A DNA stretch of 64,000 nucleotides from Octopus bimaculoides. Its lineage: Eukaryota. The notes below the pieces were generated by a model. The model ran no database searches. It was given only the letters and a program-made list of their open reading frames with translations, and had not been told where the DNA came from. The position numbers and the translations under genes are program-made. Each line of letters opens with the position of its first letter. Positions within the stretch are counted from its first letter, which is position 1. Where the stretch lies: NCBI RefSeq assembly GCF_001194135.2, contig NC_068983.1:42769336-42833335 (forward strand), written 5' to 3'. Below are positions 1 through 13,305 of this stretch, piece after piece.

Positions 1-154
1 TTTTACAGGGCCTCCAAGACTCGAGGTGGGGGAAAAGGAGTAAACTATAGCTCTTGGGTGGTGGTGGTAGGAGGAAGCAGCACCTCATGCTGGCAAATTA
101 TCATTGGATGGGAGATCTGGCGCAAATGGCTAAACGATATTAAATCTATGAACG

Positions 155-600
155 ATCATCATCATCATCGGTTAACGTCCGTTGTCCATGCTGGCATGAG
201 TAGGATGGTTTGATCAGAAGTTGGCAAGCTGGAAGTCTGCACCAGACTCCAGTCGGATTTGGCATGGTTTCTATGGCTGGATGCCCTTCCTAATATCAAC
301 CACTCCAAGAGTGTAATGGGTGCTTTTACGTGCCATTCGTGCAACACCAATATCTGCCACCACTGCAATTTTACTAGGCTTGATGGGTCTTCTTCTCAAG
401 CACAACAAAATGCCAAGGTCTCGGACATTTGTCACTGCCTCCATGAGCTTTTCACATGCCACTGGCATTGGCCACTTTGCCTCTGTGAGGCCCAATGCTC
501 AAAAGATGCTTTTTACATGCCAGTTACATGACATCAGCATTGGCCACGACTATGGTTTCACTTGGTTTGATGGGTCTTCTCAAAGATCCAGGAATCATGA
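155..600 (-). mobile_element. Family A (GAT)n-tailed retroposon (RTE-associated SINE-like)
   Basis: Starts catcatcatc-ggttaacgtcc-catgctggcatg...gctggatgcccttcctaa...ccactcc. The same text recurs more than a dozen times in the window; the sense strand ends in gatgatgatg. Confidence 0.8.
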
Positions 601-782
601 ATAATGATTGTCATCATCCATTTAACGCCAACTATCCCAAGCTTGCATGCCCTTTCTGTTATCAGCCCTTACTTGCTTCTAAGAAAGGTAATATTTCTCT
701 ATAATTGGACAAGTTTTCATGGAAGATTGGAAAGAAATAACACTGCATGTCTGATGTTAAGTCAATGTTAAGATGAAGTAGC

Positions 783-789
<7 letters not shown>

Positions 790-813
<24 letters not shown>

Positions 814-985
814 CACATGCATTGGACTCCTTTCAGTTTCTAGCCGCCAAATTCACTGATTAACTCACAAAGCCTTGGTTAGCCTGAACTTATAGTAAAA
901 GACACTTGCCCTGGATGCCTCAAGTGGGACTGAACGCAAAACCACATGGTCAGGAAGCAAACTTCTTAACCACAGAGCCACACTT
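790..985 (-). mobile_element. Family D SINE, head only, decayed
   Basis: Reverse complement of the family D tRNA-like head and ccttgggcaagtgtcttctactatag body. Confidence 0.7.
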
Positions 986-1943
986 GCAACATATTAAAAT
1001 CTGCAATAGACATCAAGGCTAGTTTCTAGTTGTTTTAGCTTTATAAATAATGATGAAATGAAGCAGGAGGCAGTACTAATCTATCAGTTTGAATATCTGC
1101 TGCAGACTATCGCAACCTCTTCATGAAACAGTGGCTGGTTGATGCTATAAAGGAATTCAAGAGGATACGTGTCGAGAGAGAGAGAGAGAGAAACGAAGAG
1201 TGATAGAGTGAAAATAATCAATTATGCATCAAGCAATAACTTAATGCAATTCACAGTGATGGTGCCCTCAACAACCAAAAGTTGTTTTAACAACTTCCTC
1301 TTGTTAACTCATATTGATTTATCAGGAACTGGGATGGTGAGACACACTTGTTCAACAAGCACTCTTTGACCCCCATATCTGAATCTCCTTTTCCTAACAC
1401 CAGCTTCTTGTTTGTTTGTTTGTGTTTTCTTTTGTTGTTCTTGCCTCATCACACTTTCTAGATTGTCATCTCTTAACCCCTTGTATTTTTATTCAGCTAA
1501 GTAACTCATCCATTGTACTTGTGAATTTGTTTGTCTCCGACTCTACATTGATAACAATTGCTCCCATAATTGGAAATACGTATAAATCAAGTGGCCTGCT
1601 TTTTACAACAAACTCTTAAGCCATAATGTTATTTATGACTGGTTATTTAAATATGGGCATCACCTGATGCAACGTGCAGTCTACAACACAATGGTACTCT
1701 CTATTATCCAACACTATACCTTAATAATGCATGTTCACATCAAAAGTTTTATGGTAAATTCAACAACAAAAAATCTGCACAGGTAATATTATTATTACTA
1801 TTAATGTAAACAGTTTTTTTTATAAAACAACAATACAAAAGGCTATGATGAATTATTTCATGATTTCATAATGAGAGAATATACCTGACAAAGGAAAGCT
1901 ATTAAGATTTTGTTGCTATTGTTGTTGTTAATCCCACAGACAT

Positions 1944-2150
1944 CATCATCATGTTTTGATATCCATTTGGGTTAAATAGAGTTTGTCAAAGCAGATTTTC
2001 TACAACCAGATGCTCTGCCTGTCACCAACCCTCACTTGTTTCTAAACATGGCAATATTCCCCCATGGCATGACACGTTTTTCTCAGATTAGAAACAAATT
2101 GATTTGCAACTGTGCATGTCAAGAAAAGGAGACACAAACATGCACACACC
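1944..2150 (-). mobile_element. Family C (GAT)n-tailed retroposon
   Basis: catcatcatc...gcagattttctac...ccaaccctcacttgtttc..ggtaatatt.ccc motif, also at ~3285-3480, 8118-8350, 25590-25810 (-) and 45960-46190, 49015-49170 (+). Confidence 0.7.
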
Positions 2151-2270
2151 CTCCCTACCCTGTGATATTATATATCACTTTTCTCAATCACTGGAGGCCC
2201 TAGATGGCAGCCCCCAAAGTCCATGCCTAAATCCTGCACTATTCCCTCCTACTCTCTGACCTACAAATAA

Positions 2271-3079
2271 CCCTTGAGCATTCACATCATTCTCTCAAAT
2301 GTAATACCTATTTGTCTACATAGTTTTCAATTAATCATGCATTACCCACAAGCTTCCAGATTCTGAGGATATTCTTTGACTTGTTTCAGTCATTTGACTG
2401 TGACCATGCTGGAGCACCACCTTAAAGGGTTTTAGTAGAAGAACTCACCCCCAAGACTTATTTTTTGTATGCCTAGTACTTATTCTATCGGTCTTCTTTT
2501 GCTAAACCACTAAGTTACAGGTACATAAATGCACCAACATTAGTTGTCAAGCAATTGGTTATGGTGGGGGATGGTAACAAACAGACAAATACACACACAC
2601 ACACATACATACATATATCTTAATATATAAATCTGAAATTGTGTGTTTGTGTGAAGCCTTTTTGAATGTTTATAGAAATCCACATTTTCCACTTTTTCGT
2701 AAAAATTTTTACATCAATGGAATTTTCTCGATCTGAACTTTCCAGTGCAGTAATTAGATTTTTAATATTCCGTTTACTTTGTGTGATTTAAGGGAGATTT
2801 GGCTGTTGTTTCTAGCAACTTTTATATTTCATCCCTGCTACCTGGAACGTCATTCTTACACACGCGCTCAACATAAAAATATAGAGAGTAAGAGTAAAAG
2901 AGGGAGAGGGAGAGAGAGAGAAAGTGATACATGTGGTTGGGAAGCAAGCTTCTTACCAAGCCTAATTGTTATTTTTAGAATGACATTGAAGGGTAGGTGT
3001 GAGAGACCAGATCTGGCTGATTTGAAGATTAAACAAGTGGAATATTTGGCTGAATAAGGCTGGTTTAAATGCTAAAGGG
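2271..3079. mobile_element. piggyBac-like MITE split by nested insertions
   Basis: Left end (ATAA)CCCTTGAGCATT at 2271; right end AATGCTAAAGGG(TTAA) at 3079. The two halves match the intact copy at 20623-20826 in reverse orientation, with family D sequence in between. Confidence 0.65.
2618..2780 (+). mobile_element. Possible 5' part of a non-autonomous Helitron-like element
   Basis: TCttaatatataaatctgaaattgtgtgtttgtgt start resembles non-autonomous Helitron 5' ends; no 3' hairpin seen. Confidence 0.3.
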
Positions 3080-4053
3080 TTAATAAACCACTAATTAATA
3101 TAGTTTCAATTAGGCAGACTTGGGGTATTTGAAGCAACAGGTCTATAGATGGGCATTTGGTTGTTCATCCAATTAGCTGTGATAGAGACAGAACAGAGCT
3201 AACACATAATTACCACACTGGCAATATGACCACCACTTCAGAAAACATTATTTATTAAAGCAATCCATTTTTTTTTCTTTTATGTCCATTTTTCCCTGCT
3301 TGAATGGGTCAAACAGAAATTAAGGCAGATTATCTATGGCTGGATCGGTCTTCTTGCCACCACCCCTCACTTGTTTCCAAGCAAGGTAATATTTCCCCTT
3401 GGCCTGACATGTTTTTGCAGAATATTGGAAAAGAACAACACTTGTTTGCAACCACCACGGCATGACAAGAACATGCACACACACCTATCTCCACATGGTA
3501 TGAAATTCAACAAGTAGTAACGCACTCAGTTAAAGATATTGATCTTCCAACTGAATTTCACAAGGTTTATGCACGGTTTTTATCATCATCATTTGAACAT
3601 GTATGTATCTCTCTCTCATAAATATCATTTCTATTTTTACTATTATTTAAAACTGCTTGATTTGGCTCCACATAAGTTAAAATTTCACAGGCTTTAGTAA
3701 CTTTTACTTTTGTTTGCATACACGTGTGTGCATACATATATACACATATAGTTTACAGTGGTTTTCTACTACAAATATATATACATACATATATATAAAT
3801 ATATACACGTGCACGTGCACACAGAGGGTTCTCTCACTTTGGTACCAAATCACCTGAGACCACCCTTAGTCTCACATAGTTTGGTATCAAAGGGCTTAGA
3901 AGAGAATTATTATAAATAAATAAACCACCAGTTACTTCCTGTTCAAGAGATAATTGTGGCTTAGAAACATTTTTATGCTACGAAATGAGAGTGGTATATT
4001 ACATGTGTATGTGTATATATGTGTGTGCGTGTGTGTATGTGTGTGTATATGTA

Positions 4054-4090
<37 letters not shown>

Positions 4091-4254
4091 TATTAGAGAT
4101 AAACTGTAAGACAGAAATAGTTGCTTTTGTTGTTTGTTTCGATGTTTTATTTTTATCTTGCAGCTGGTAACCATTATTGTCTGGTCAAATAGGTCCATAT
4201 CTCTTATAATCCTATGTATCACTAGAGATTATGGCATTGGTGGTTGGAGAGAAT

Positions 4255-4445
4255 GAAGATGGTGACAAATGATAACAAGGATGGTGGTGGCAGTGGTGAT
4301 GGGGGTGGTGGTAGTAGTGATGATAGTAGTGGTCGTGGTTGTGGTTGCAATGGTGGTGGTGGTTGTGGTAGTGGTGGTGGTTGTGGTAGTGGTGGTGGTG
4401 GTTGTGGTAGTGATGGTGGTGGTTGTGGTGGTAGTGATGGTGTCA
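4255..4445. repeat. Compound (GGT)/(GTA)/(GTT) trinucleotide microsatellite
   Basis: Directly visible; it produces the spurious poly-G, poly-V and poly-P ORFs. Confidence 0.95.
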
Positions 4446-4884
4446 ATTATACTCCAATAATCAACTAAAATATCACAATTTAATCAATTTACCTGCAACA
4501 AAACATTTTTATAACAGAGTTTATCAAAAATAGTTTATGGTCATAGGTATCGTTGGTTCCCAACTAAGAGTTTTGTGGTTCAATACCACAACAAAGCACT
4601 GAGTAATGATTTGAGTTGACCAAAGCTTGAGAGTAAATTATGGTAAACGGAAACTTTGTGGAAGCCCTCCTGTAGTGGTGGTAATGGAAGATCTGTTCCC
4701 ATTCCCAGGGAGGTGGGGGTAGACTTAATCCCTCATCTGGATAAACACCACCAGTTAATCCTTGGATGATGTCAGCTGTCCTTTGATTTTGTCAGTGGCC
4801 ATACTTATTTTATTAAAAGCATTGAGAAAATGTGGAACAAGATTAATCCTTTTTTTGCCATCTTTCAGTAGAGATACACTGCCT

Positions 4885-5150
4885 TTCATTATCATCATTT
4901 AATGTCCACCTTCCATGCTAGCATGGGTTGGACGATTTGACTGAGGACTGGTGAACCAGGCGGCTACACCAGGCTCCAATCTGATTTAGCAGAGTTTCTA
5001 CAGCTGGATGCCCTTCCTAATGCCAACCACTCCGAGAGAGTATAGTGGGTGCTTTTACGTGCCACCGGCACGAAGGCCAGCCAGGCGGTACTGGCAACAG
5101 CCACGCTCGAAATGGTGTATTTTACATGCCAACTGCACAGGAGCCAGTCT
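4885..5150 (-). mobile_element. Family A copy
   Basis: catcatcatttaatgtccaccttccatgctagcatgggttggacg...ctacagctggatgcccttcctaatgccaacc. Confidence 0.85.
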
Positions 5151-5792
5151 AGCGGCAATTAATTTTTTAAATAATGAAGAATTTAGTACAAATAACTGTG
5201 ATTATTAAGCTTGTATTTAGAACATAAATTAAAATTAAATTTTAACGGAAGTTCTAAATTAGATCACTTTAACATAGGAAGTTTGAATCACAAAACCAGG
5301 GAGTGGTGACAGGCAGGCTGGTGTAGAAAGAGTAAAGCCATGAAGACTATTAAAAAATATATTTAAAGCATTTAGAGGGGAGTTCTAATCTGAAGGTAAA
5401 CCATTGTCTTCCACCTCACCCCCAATCTCGGAGACCCTGCAGGAAATGTCATGCCCTTTCTCCTCTCACTGGGCTAATTAAAATAACTAAACATGTCAGC
5501 TTATTCTATTATTGCTATTATATGAAAAATTCCCCGCCCTGTCTGGCAATCTGCTTTCACCCAATTTTTTGGTAATGAGCTTCACTCAGCCAAGCTAGAG
5601 AAATTTCTCCCATATTTTATTCCTTCTTCTGGCACACATGCATGCATACATACATGCGTGCGTGCATGCATAGACACACATATAAACGTGTATATACACC
5701 CAAACATATATACATACACACATGGATATAAATACATTTATATACACATGCATATAAACAGATCTATACACACATGCATATAAATACATCTA

Positions 5793-5829
<37 letters not shown>

Positions 5830-6663
5830 NNNNNNNNNNNNNNNNNNNNNNNNNNNNNNNNNNNNNNNNNNNNNNNNNNNNNNNNNNNNNNNNNNNNNNN
5901 NNNNNNNNNNNNNNNNNNNNNNNNNNNNNNNNNNNNNNNNNNNNNNNNNNNNNNNNNNNNNNNNNNNNNNNNNNNNNNNNNNNNNNNNNNNNNNNNNNNN
6001 NNNNNNNNNNNNNNNNNNNNNNNNNNNNNNNNNNNNNNNNNNNNNNNNNNNNNNNNNNNNNNNNNNNNNNNNNNNNNNNNNNNNNNNNNNNNNNNNNNNN
6101 NNNNNNNNNNNNNNNNNNNNNNNNNNNNNNNNNNNNNNNNNNNNNNNNNNNNNNNNNNNNNNNNNNNNNNNNNNNNNNNNNNNNNNNNNNNNNNNNNNNN
6201 NNNNNNNNNNNNNNNNNNNNNNNNNNNNNNNNNNNNNNNNNNNNNNNNNNNNNNNNNNNNNNNNNNNNNNNNNNNNNNNNNNNNNNNNNNNNNNNNNNNN
6301 NNNNNNNNNNNNNNNNNNNNNNNNNNNNNNNNNNNNNNNNNNNNNNNNNNNNNNNNNNNNNNNNNNNNNNNNNNNNNNNNNNNNNNNNNNNNNNNNNNNN
6401 NNNNNNNNNNNNNNNNNNNNNNNNNNNNNNNNNNNNNNNNNNNNNNNNNNNNNNNNNNNNNNNNNNNNNNNNNNNNNNNNNNNNNNNNNNNNNNNNNNNN
6501 NNNNNNNNNNNNNNNNNNNNNNNNNNNNNNNNNNNNNNNNNNNNNNNNNNNNNNNNNNNNNNNNNNNNNNNNNNNNNNNNNNNNNNNNNNNNNNNNNNNN
6601 NNNNNNNNNNNNNNNNNNNNNNNNNNNNNNNNNNNNNNNNNNNNNNNNNNNNNNNNNNNNNNN
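5830..6663. other. Assembly gap (N run)
   Basis: Flanked by (TA)n and (GA)n. Other gaps: 13750-14475, 16078-16344, 19317-19628, 23628-23673, 27043-27052, 35041-35050, 45404-45413, 54407-54416, 63278-63654. Confidence 1.
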
Positions 6664-6702
<39 letters not shown>

Positions 6703-7287
6703 AAGAGAGAGGGAGAGAGAGAGAGAGAGAGGGAGAGAGAGAGATAGAGAGAGAAAGAGATTATATATACATACACATATATACATCTAGCTATACTTAT
6801 ATATACAGACACATATACATACATGTATACACATACACAGATATTTATACATACAGAAACATGCATGCATGTACACACACACACACACACCTATATAGCT
6901 ACCAAAACGAAGTCTTACATGTTTAAGGTCAAATTATCTTCTATTGTGACCTGCTCAGCTTTCCTTCCCCAATGTTTCAAATCAAACAATCCACTTCATC
7001 ACTGCTTCATTCAGGTCTTTCGTCTAAACTATGAACAGAACACACAGCACAGGAATTTCCTCAACCAATTCCATACAAGAAAATTTCTTATAAGCAAGCT
7101 AATGAGGGTTCCTCGTGCCATTAGAAATAACAGCCAAATCACCCTCAAATCAGACCTATCTTATGAGAATTAAAGGTCATACTGGATAATGTGGTACTAG
7201 ATAAAATGTCTGAACAGGAAAAAAAAATGGAGAAAGACTGAAAGAGAGGATGGTCACATTTGGAATGTCCTTAGTCTGACATAACAC

Positions 7288-7600
7288 GTCATCATCATTT
7301 AACATCCGTTGTCCATGCTGGCATGGGTTGGATGGTTTGACCAGGGCTGGTGAGCTGGAAGGCTGCACCAGACTCCAGTCTGATTTGGCATGGTTTTCAA
7401 TGTCTGGATGCCCTTCCTGATGCCAACCACTCCGAGAGTGTTATGGGGGCTTCTACACGCCACCGACATGGGTGCCATTTGCATGACACCAGTATCTGCG
7501 ATGACTGATTTCATTTGGCTTGATGGGTCTTCTTCTCAAGCACGACAATGCCACAAAGGTCTAGGCCATTTGTCATTGCGTCTCTGAAGCCCAATGCTCT
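7288..7600 (-). mobile_element. Family A copy
   Basis: Same diagnostic motifs, plus the gggtcttcttctcaagcac extension also seen in 155-600. Confidence 0.8.
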
Positions 7601-7744
7601 AAAGGTGTTTTTTCTTAAATAAAGTTGCCCGTGCCTAGGTTAGACAAATATGTTTTGTTTTACAGATGGATGCCCTACCTGAAATGAACCCTTACCCATA
7701 AGAGATTTGTTTTTCCACAGCTTTGAAAATATGAAGCAAGGAGG

Positions 7745-8027
7745 GGCCAAATTTCCTACAATAGCCTTGGGCTGACCAAAGCCTTGTGAGTGGATTTGGT
7801 AGACGGAAACTGAAAGAAGTTGGTAAAACATATACGTGTATATTTGTGTGTGTGTGTGTGTGTTTGTCCCCCCACCATTACTTGACAACGAATGTTAGTG
7901 CAAAAGAGGCCAATAGAATAAGTACTAGGCTTACAAAGAATAAGTTCTGGAGTTGATTTGTTTGACTAAAGGTGGTGCTCCAGCATGGCTGCAGTTAAAT
8001 GACTGAAACAAATAAAAGAATAAAAGA
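7745..8027 (+). mobile_element. Family D SINE, 5'-truncated
   Basis: aaagccttgtgagtggatttggtagacggaaactgaaagaag-(TG)n-...gtgctccagcatggctgcagttaaatgactgaaac. Confidence 0.85.
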
Positions 8028-8359
8028 GCAGACATAAACCCACAAACAGGCACAGGCACCAAAAAGCAGCATTTTATAGCTTGGTGTTTTTATTGCAAAA
8101 CCAGCAGAATGTAAACATTCACACGTATATCATGGTTTCACTTTTCCATGTAAGAATGGGTCAGACAGAATTTGTTGAGAGATTTTTTTTCTATGGCCAA
8201 ATGCCCTGTCACTTACCCTTACTTATTTCCCAGATAAAATATTTTTCCATAGCCAGAAATGTTTGCAGAGCATACTAGAAATAAAGAACGCTCCTTGAAT
8301 GATATTGACAATCATTTACAACCATCATGAACAAAAAAACACAAACACGTGTGTGTGCA

Positions 8360-8621
8360 TATCGTTTGCTATTATGTTAAATTTGCTATTACATACAAAT
8401 TTGGCCAAATGCATTTTTTCCGATATTTATTCTTGCTTGCAATAGCCGGTTCTTTTGGTCAAACTATTATATCTCCAGCTGCTTCAGATGCTAAGAAATC
8501 AAAAATCGTCAAAGTGTAGTAAAACGGTTTTGCTATGGAATGGTGAAATTATTTTATCGTTTTCTGAAAAAGCAACATTTCGAATTCGAACTTATGACAC
8601 TTTTGCATAATAGCAACGATG
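8360..8621. mobile_element. Tc1/mariner-type MITE
   Basis: Inverted ends tatcgtttgctattatg / cataatagcaacgatg, followed by TA at 8622-8623. Confidence 0.5.
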
Positions 8622-8989
8622 TATATATAGTCAATTCAATGAACAGACAATTCAAAAAACGAGTAAAAGAGAAAGAGAGAAAAAAAAATGATTGTGAGAA
8701 CGTGTACAAGAATTATATTAGTTTGACGCTTGGTGAAAGGAGAGGAGTTTTAAAGTTTTGAGCAAGGCTCTTCATTGGAAAGGAGAAAGAGAAAGTCCAA
8801 AGAAGGAAAATTGCCAACGGCACAGATGCGACAAACACACACAGAATTATAACTGGCTTTTCTCTGTTTCTGCCAACTAAATCTACTCACAAGGCTTTGA
8901 TCAGCCCAAGGCTATTGCAGAAAACACTTGCCCAAGGTGCAAAACAGCAGGACTGAACCTGAAAACATTTTGCTGGGAAATTCTGCCAA

Positions 8990-9260
8990 TGATCTTAAGA
9001 TTGTGAATCTCATTTACATTGGTGTGTTGTGTTCTTGAGCAAGACACTTTATTCCACGTTGCTCCAGTCCACTCAGCTGGAAAATATGTGTAGTAGCTGT
9101 ATTTCAAAGGGGCCAACTATGTTACATTTTGTGTCATGCTGAATCTCCCACAAGGACTAACTGTTAAGGGTACACATGTCTGTGGAGTACTCAGTCACTT
9201 GCACATGAATTTTACAAGCAAAGTTGTTCTATTAATTGAAACAACTAGAACTCTTATCAT
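8990..9260 (+). mobile_element. Family F SINE, decayed
   Basis: cttgagcaagacacttt...gctccagtccactcagctg...tatttcaaaggg...gctgaatctcc...tgtggagt.ctcag.cacttgcac; other decayed copies at 17410-17705 (+), 50628-50925 (+), 32660-32820 (-). Confidence 0.75.
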
Positions 9261-9344
9261 TTTAACCAACAGAGTTCCAATTTCTTTTTTGTTATTTAAC
9301 CATACAGCCATACCTGCATCTCACAAAATGCATCAGGCGATATA

Positions 9345-9672
9345 TGCTTGAGAAGACCTGTTGAGTCAAGTAAAACCAAAATCATAGCTGTGGCCAATGC
9401 CAGTGCCCCTTGACTGGCTCCAGTGTCAGTGGCACAGAAAAAGCACTATCCAAACGTCGTCAATGCCAGGCCTACCTGACTGGCTCCTGTGCTGGTGGCA
9501 AGTAAAAAGCACCCACTACACTCAGAGTGGTTGGCATTAGGAAGGGCATCCAGCTGTAGAAACATTGCCAGATCAGATTAGAGTGTGGTCCAGCCACTGG
9601 CTTTCCAGATCTCAGTCAAACCGTCCAACCCATGCCAGCATGGAAAACGGATGTTAAATGATGATGATGATG
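9345..9672 (+). mobile_element. Family A copy (sense) with internal repeat units
   Basis: Ends ggaagggcatccagctgtagaaac...ccaacccatgccagcatggaaaacggatgttaaatgatgatgatgatg. Confidence 0.85.
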
Positions 9673-10329
9673 TATATAACTGTGTCGAATGTGTACATAT
9701 ACATGCATGTATATATGTGTTTAATTTCTACAGTGACTCTACCAAAATAAATCTACAATGCCATAAAACACATGGGCTAAACAAGCAACATTCCAAAATT
9801 ACATCCCTAACCTGAGAAAGAGAAAAGGGACAGACCCAGCATGGTTAATGTCATTAACATAGTTGCCTGGCAACTAATAAGTATTTAGTTGTCATTAAGC
9901 AGTTGAAATAACCATAAAAAACAACAAAACCCAAAGCTATTAACGTGTGTGTGTGTGTGTGTTTTTTTTTTTTTTTTCCAGACATTGTATTTTTATATTA
10001 GTCATAAAACCCATCACATAACAAGTCAAAAACGTTTGGAATTCTTTAAATTGGAAAGTGGCAGAACCAAGAGACCATTGGAGAAAATACTTTTGTTGTA
10101 TTTCTTCCAGTTCTTTGCCAGTCATTTTCGTTCCAGGATTGATCAAATAAAGTGTGCCAGCAGCACGGGTGCCATTTGTGTGACACCAGAGTGCATTTTA
10201 CATGCCACTAGCATGGATGCCAATTTGCAGACACAGGTATCTGTCAAATACTGGAGTTCATTGTACTGGCAATGCCCCACTCTTCAAAAATTGTTGATCT
10301 GCACCAACATTAAAAAGCATTAATTAAAA

Positions 10330-10775
10330 GAATTCAATGAAGAAGGCAGCAAGTTAAGAATATGGTTTGTTCATTAACTGTGACAAAACAGAATCGCTAA
10401 TTATCTCTGGATCAGATAATCCTCTGATAGTTGACTAACTGTCAAAGAGTTGAAGGAATCTTGCAATGCTGGGATGCTGAGAGTATTATTAGAAATCAAT
10501 GCAATGACAGCCAAGAGATAAAATGCATTAGCAAAATATGCTGCTCTTTGTTCAAACTACATTTGGGAACAAACATCCATGAATAAGGAACAAAGGCCAA
10601 CTTGGAACTGTTGGCCACTTTGAGATTTGGTGTTTCCAATGGGAACCAACATATGGATATGAATGCTGTACTCGTAAAACAGCTGAGAGAAAGAAAAAAA
10701 TGACAGAGGATTTTCAAGTTTGGTGTTAAAATAAAAATGCTAAGAAGTACTTGGAGAGAAACAGGAAAAAGCAAT
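10330..10775 (+). pseudogene. Decayed RTE-clade LINE reverse-transcriptase fragment
   Basis: Manual translation across frameshifts gives EYGLFINCDKTESLII (GL.IN..KT motif), NDSQEIK and TYGYECCTRK...KMLRSTWRE (cf. YG.E.W...mLri.W), typical of the RTE ORF2 C-terminal half. Confidence 0.7.
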
Positions 10776-10786
10776 ATTATTATTAT

Positions 10787-10810
10787 TATTATTATTAGTA
10801 GTAGTAGTAA

Positions 10811-10851
<41 letters not shown>

Positions 10852-10852
10852 A
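10787..10852. repeat. (TAT)n(TAG)n microsatellite
   Basis: Directly visible. Confidence 0.95.
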
Positions 10853-11033
10853 TACTGAATTAGTGGGCAAAATGCCCTGCAGTACTTAATTCTGTCGTTA
10901 GTCAATTTACACCAACTTAGCCTTATATTTTCCCCAAGATCAATAAAATAAACACCAGTCAAGTATCATATCCCGATTAAATCTACCAACATCATTTCAA
11001 ATATATGACCTTGTCCCTAAAGTTATAATTATT

Positions 11034-11380
11034 ATTACCTCCACCTTAGCAAAGGTGGAGGTACTGTTTTCAGTCACATTTGTTTGCTTGACAATAGACA
11101 AGATACCTCAAGAACAGCTGGATGGATTTGGATGAATCTTTCAGGGATGTTTGGCCATGTGACTGGCACAAGCTGATTAGATTTTGGGATCAATCCGGTA
11201 ACAGACAAGGATTCTGGATTATTTTTCCTGTTTTTTTTTACTTAATTTTTGAGAGCATTTGGGTTCATTTCTAGTATTCTCATTTGTGAGAGGAGTCAAG
11301 TTTATTTCAGATATTCTCATTTTTAAAATCATCCCTGGCTAATCATTGAGAGGACGCTGGTGTTGACTTGGCAGAGGTTT
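11034..11380 (+). mobile_element. Helentron-associated (HINE/DINE-1-like) non-autonomous element
   Basis: 5' hairpin acctccacc-ttagcaaa-ggtggaggt (11037-11062), distal sub-terminal inverted copy ggcagaggt (11370-11378), and a gatggatttggatgaa...ttttgggatc body. Confidence 0.55.
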
Positions 11381-11771
11381 CAGTACCAAGTATCAGGGTC
11401 AATAAATTAAGTACCGGTGGGGTCGATATAATTGACTAGTCCCTTCCCCCAAAAGTTCAGGCCTTGTGCCTTTAGTAGAAAGGATTATTATTATTATTAT
11501 TATAAAAAAATTGAGTTCAAACCCTGCAAAAGTCAACTTTGCTTTTCATCCTTATAAGGATGATAGAAATAATACAAGCCAAGCGCTGAGTGTGGTGATA
11601 AACATAACATTGGTGAAGAAGAGATTAAAGAGAATTGGTCTAAGCACACAGCCCTGCTTAATGACATGGATGTAATAAACTGCACATTTCTGCAAAACCT
11701 CTGTACCCGCGACCATATGGCTGGGAAGCATGCTTCTTACTATACAGTCACTCCTACACCTATATATATAT

Positions 11772-11804
<33 letters not shown>

Positions 11805-12096
11805 AATATATATATATAAATATATATATACATATACACACATGGATATTATTTAGGTAGGGTGAAAATCCAAGGTGAGTCTTCTTGTATCTCATCTGTT
11901 TATTCCAGTATTACAATCCAGTATGTAGTTCTTATATTTATGTGTTGAAAATTCTGCAGAGTTATATCAAAACAAGAAGTGTCAAAATTTTCCGGTACTT
12001 TTTATTAACCATTACACACGTTTCAATTGTTAAAAAGAATTATGTGATTTTTCCAATTTCTTGTACTGAGATTATATATATATATATTTATATATA

Positions 12097-12330
12097 TCAT
12101 CATCGTTTAACGTCCGCTTTCCATGCTAGCATGGGTTGGACGATTTGACTGCACCAGGCTCCAATCTGATCTGGCAGAGTTTCTACAGCTGGATGTTCTT
12201 CCTAATGCCAACCATTCCAAGAATGTAGTGGATGCTTTTACGTGCTACCAGCACGAGGGCCAATCACACGGTACTGGCAACAAGCCATGCTCAAAATAGT
12301 GTATTTTATGTGCCACCTGCACGGGAGCTA
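12097..12330 (-). mobile_element. Family A copy
   Basis: catcatcgtttaacgtccgctttccatgctagcatgggttggacg... Confidence 0.85.
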
Positions 12331-12666
12331 CACACACACACATGTATGTGCAAACACACATACACAGAGTGGAACCTTAGTTTAGGAATTTAATTTAATC
12401 CTGAAGATTGTTTGCCACCCGAAATGTTAGTGTACCTTCTTGCTCAAATTTGCTGTGCCTTCTCATGAATTTCTTACAGGAAAAATAGTTTCAGCACACA
12501 ACGTCAAAGACAGACAATAACTGATGCTCTCTCACCAATACTCCCAACTTGTCATCAATCATTGTTGCCAGCTTGCATGCTTGTCACCCAAGAGATTTAA
12601 TGTTTGAAAAATTCTCCATAAATCAATTTGTTAATGACAAAAGGCATTTATAAATCAAGGTTCCAC

Positions 12667-12735
<69 letters not shown>

Positions 12736-13254
12736 CTTTGCATATATGCATTGTGGCACTGCCTTGTTTTGTATTTAGCAACAGGTAAGCTCTGATCAAA
12801 CAGAACCCTAATCCAAAGCATTCTAGCCAGGAACGTACTTTTTCTCGCTCTCAGACATTGTGTATCAAAGACCATATCATCTGCCGTTTTTCATTTTTCA
12901 GGATAGTAAGATGTGATTTGAAAGAGATTTGGCTTCAATTTCTAGCAAATTGAACAGCCACTTGATGGTTCCCTTGTTCACCTTAAATCTACAATTTTTC
13001 TGCATAGATTTACGTAAAACATTAATTTTTGAAATAATTTCCTCAGAAACTTGTCTTGCAAGAAACATTTAAATTTTATCTCATTCACAACTAAAGTGGA
13101 GATAACTGTGTATTATAAATAGGGACAAGGGAAACAACTCGGCCTTCTATTTATTACTATTAATATTTAGCAAATAAAATAGTGGCTAAGTTACATGTCG
13201 TAAAGCCCCTTGAAGCTAACCTAGTTACTTTGGTTGCGTCAGTTACTTGATATT

Positions 13255-13305
13255 CTGGGTTTCGCCTGTGGATGCCCAGGGTCGTCAGGTAAATTAGTTA
13301 CTATG
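13255..13305 (-). ncRNA. Hammerhead-ribozyme-like core
   Basis: Minus strand reads UA-GUAA(cuaau)UUAC-CUGACGA-C-CCUG(ggcaucca)CAGG-C-GAAA-C: both conserved boxes, a 4-bp stem II and a 4-bp stem I hairpin. Stem III and the 10.1/11.1 pair are imperfect. Confidence 0.5.

Noticed and set aside
4222-4468. Gly-, Val- or Pro-rich ORFs
   Set aside because: Translations of a trinucleotide microsatellite, open in several frames.
5774-6890. Long ORFs of 300+ aa (also 13585-14620, 15870-16536, 19207-19720, 63187-63797)
   Set aside because: Artefacts of N runs and dinucleotide repeats; only the GIY-YIG part of 13683-14891 is real coding sequence.
9949-10323. 124-aa ORF after a strong-looking acceptor (t)n-ccag
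   Set aside because: The pyrimidine tract is a microsatellite tail, there is no recognisable homology or donor, and the distal part is repeat-derived.
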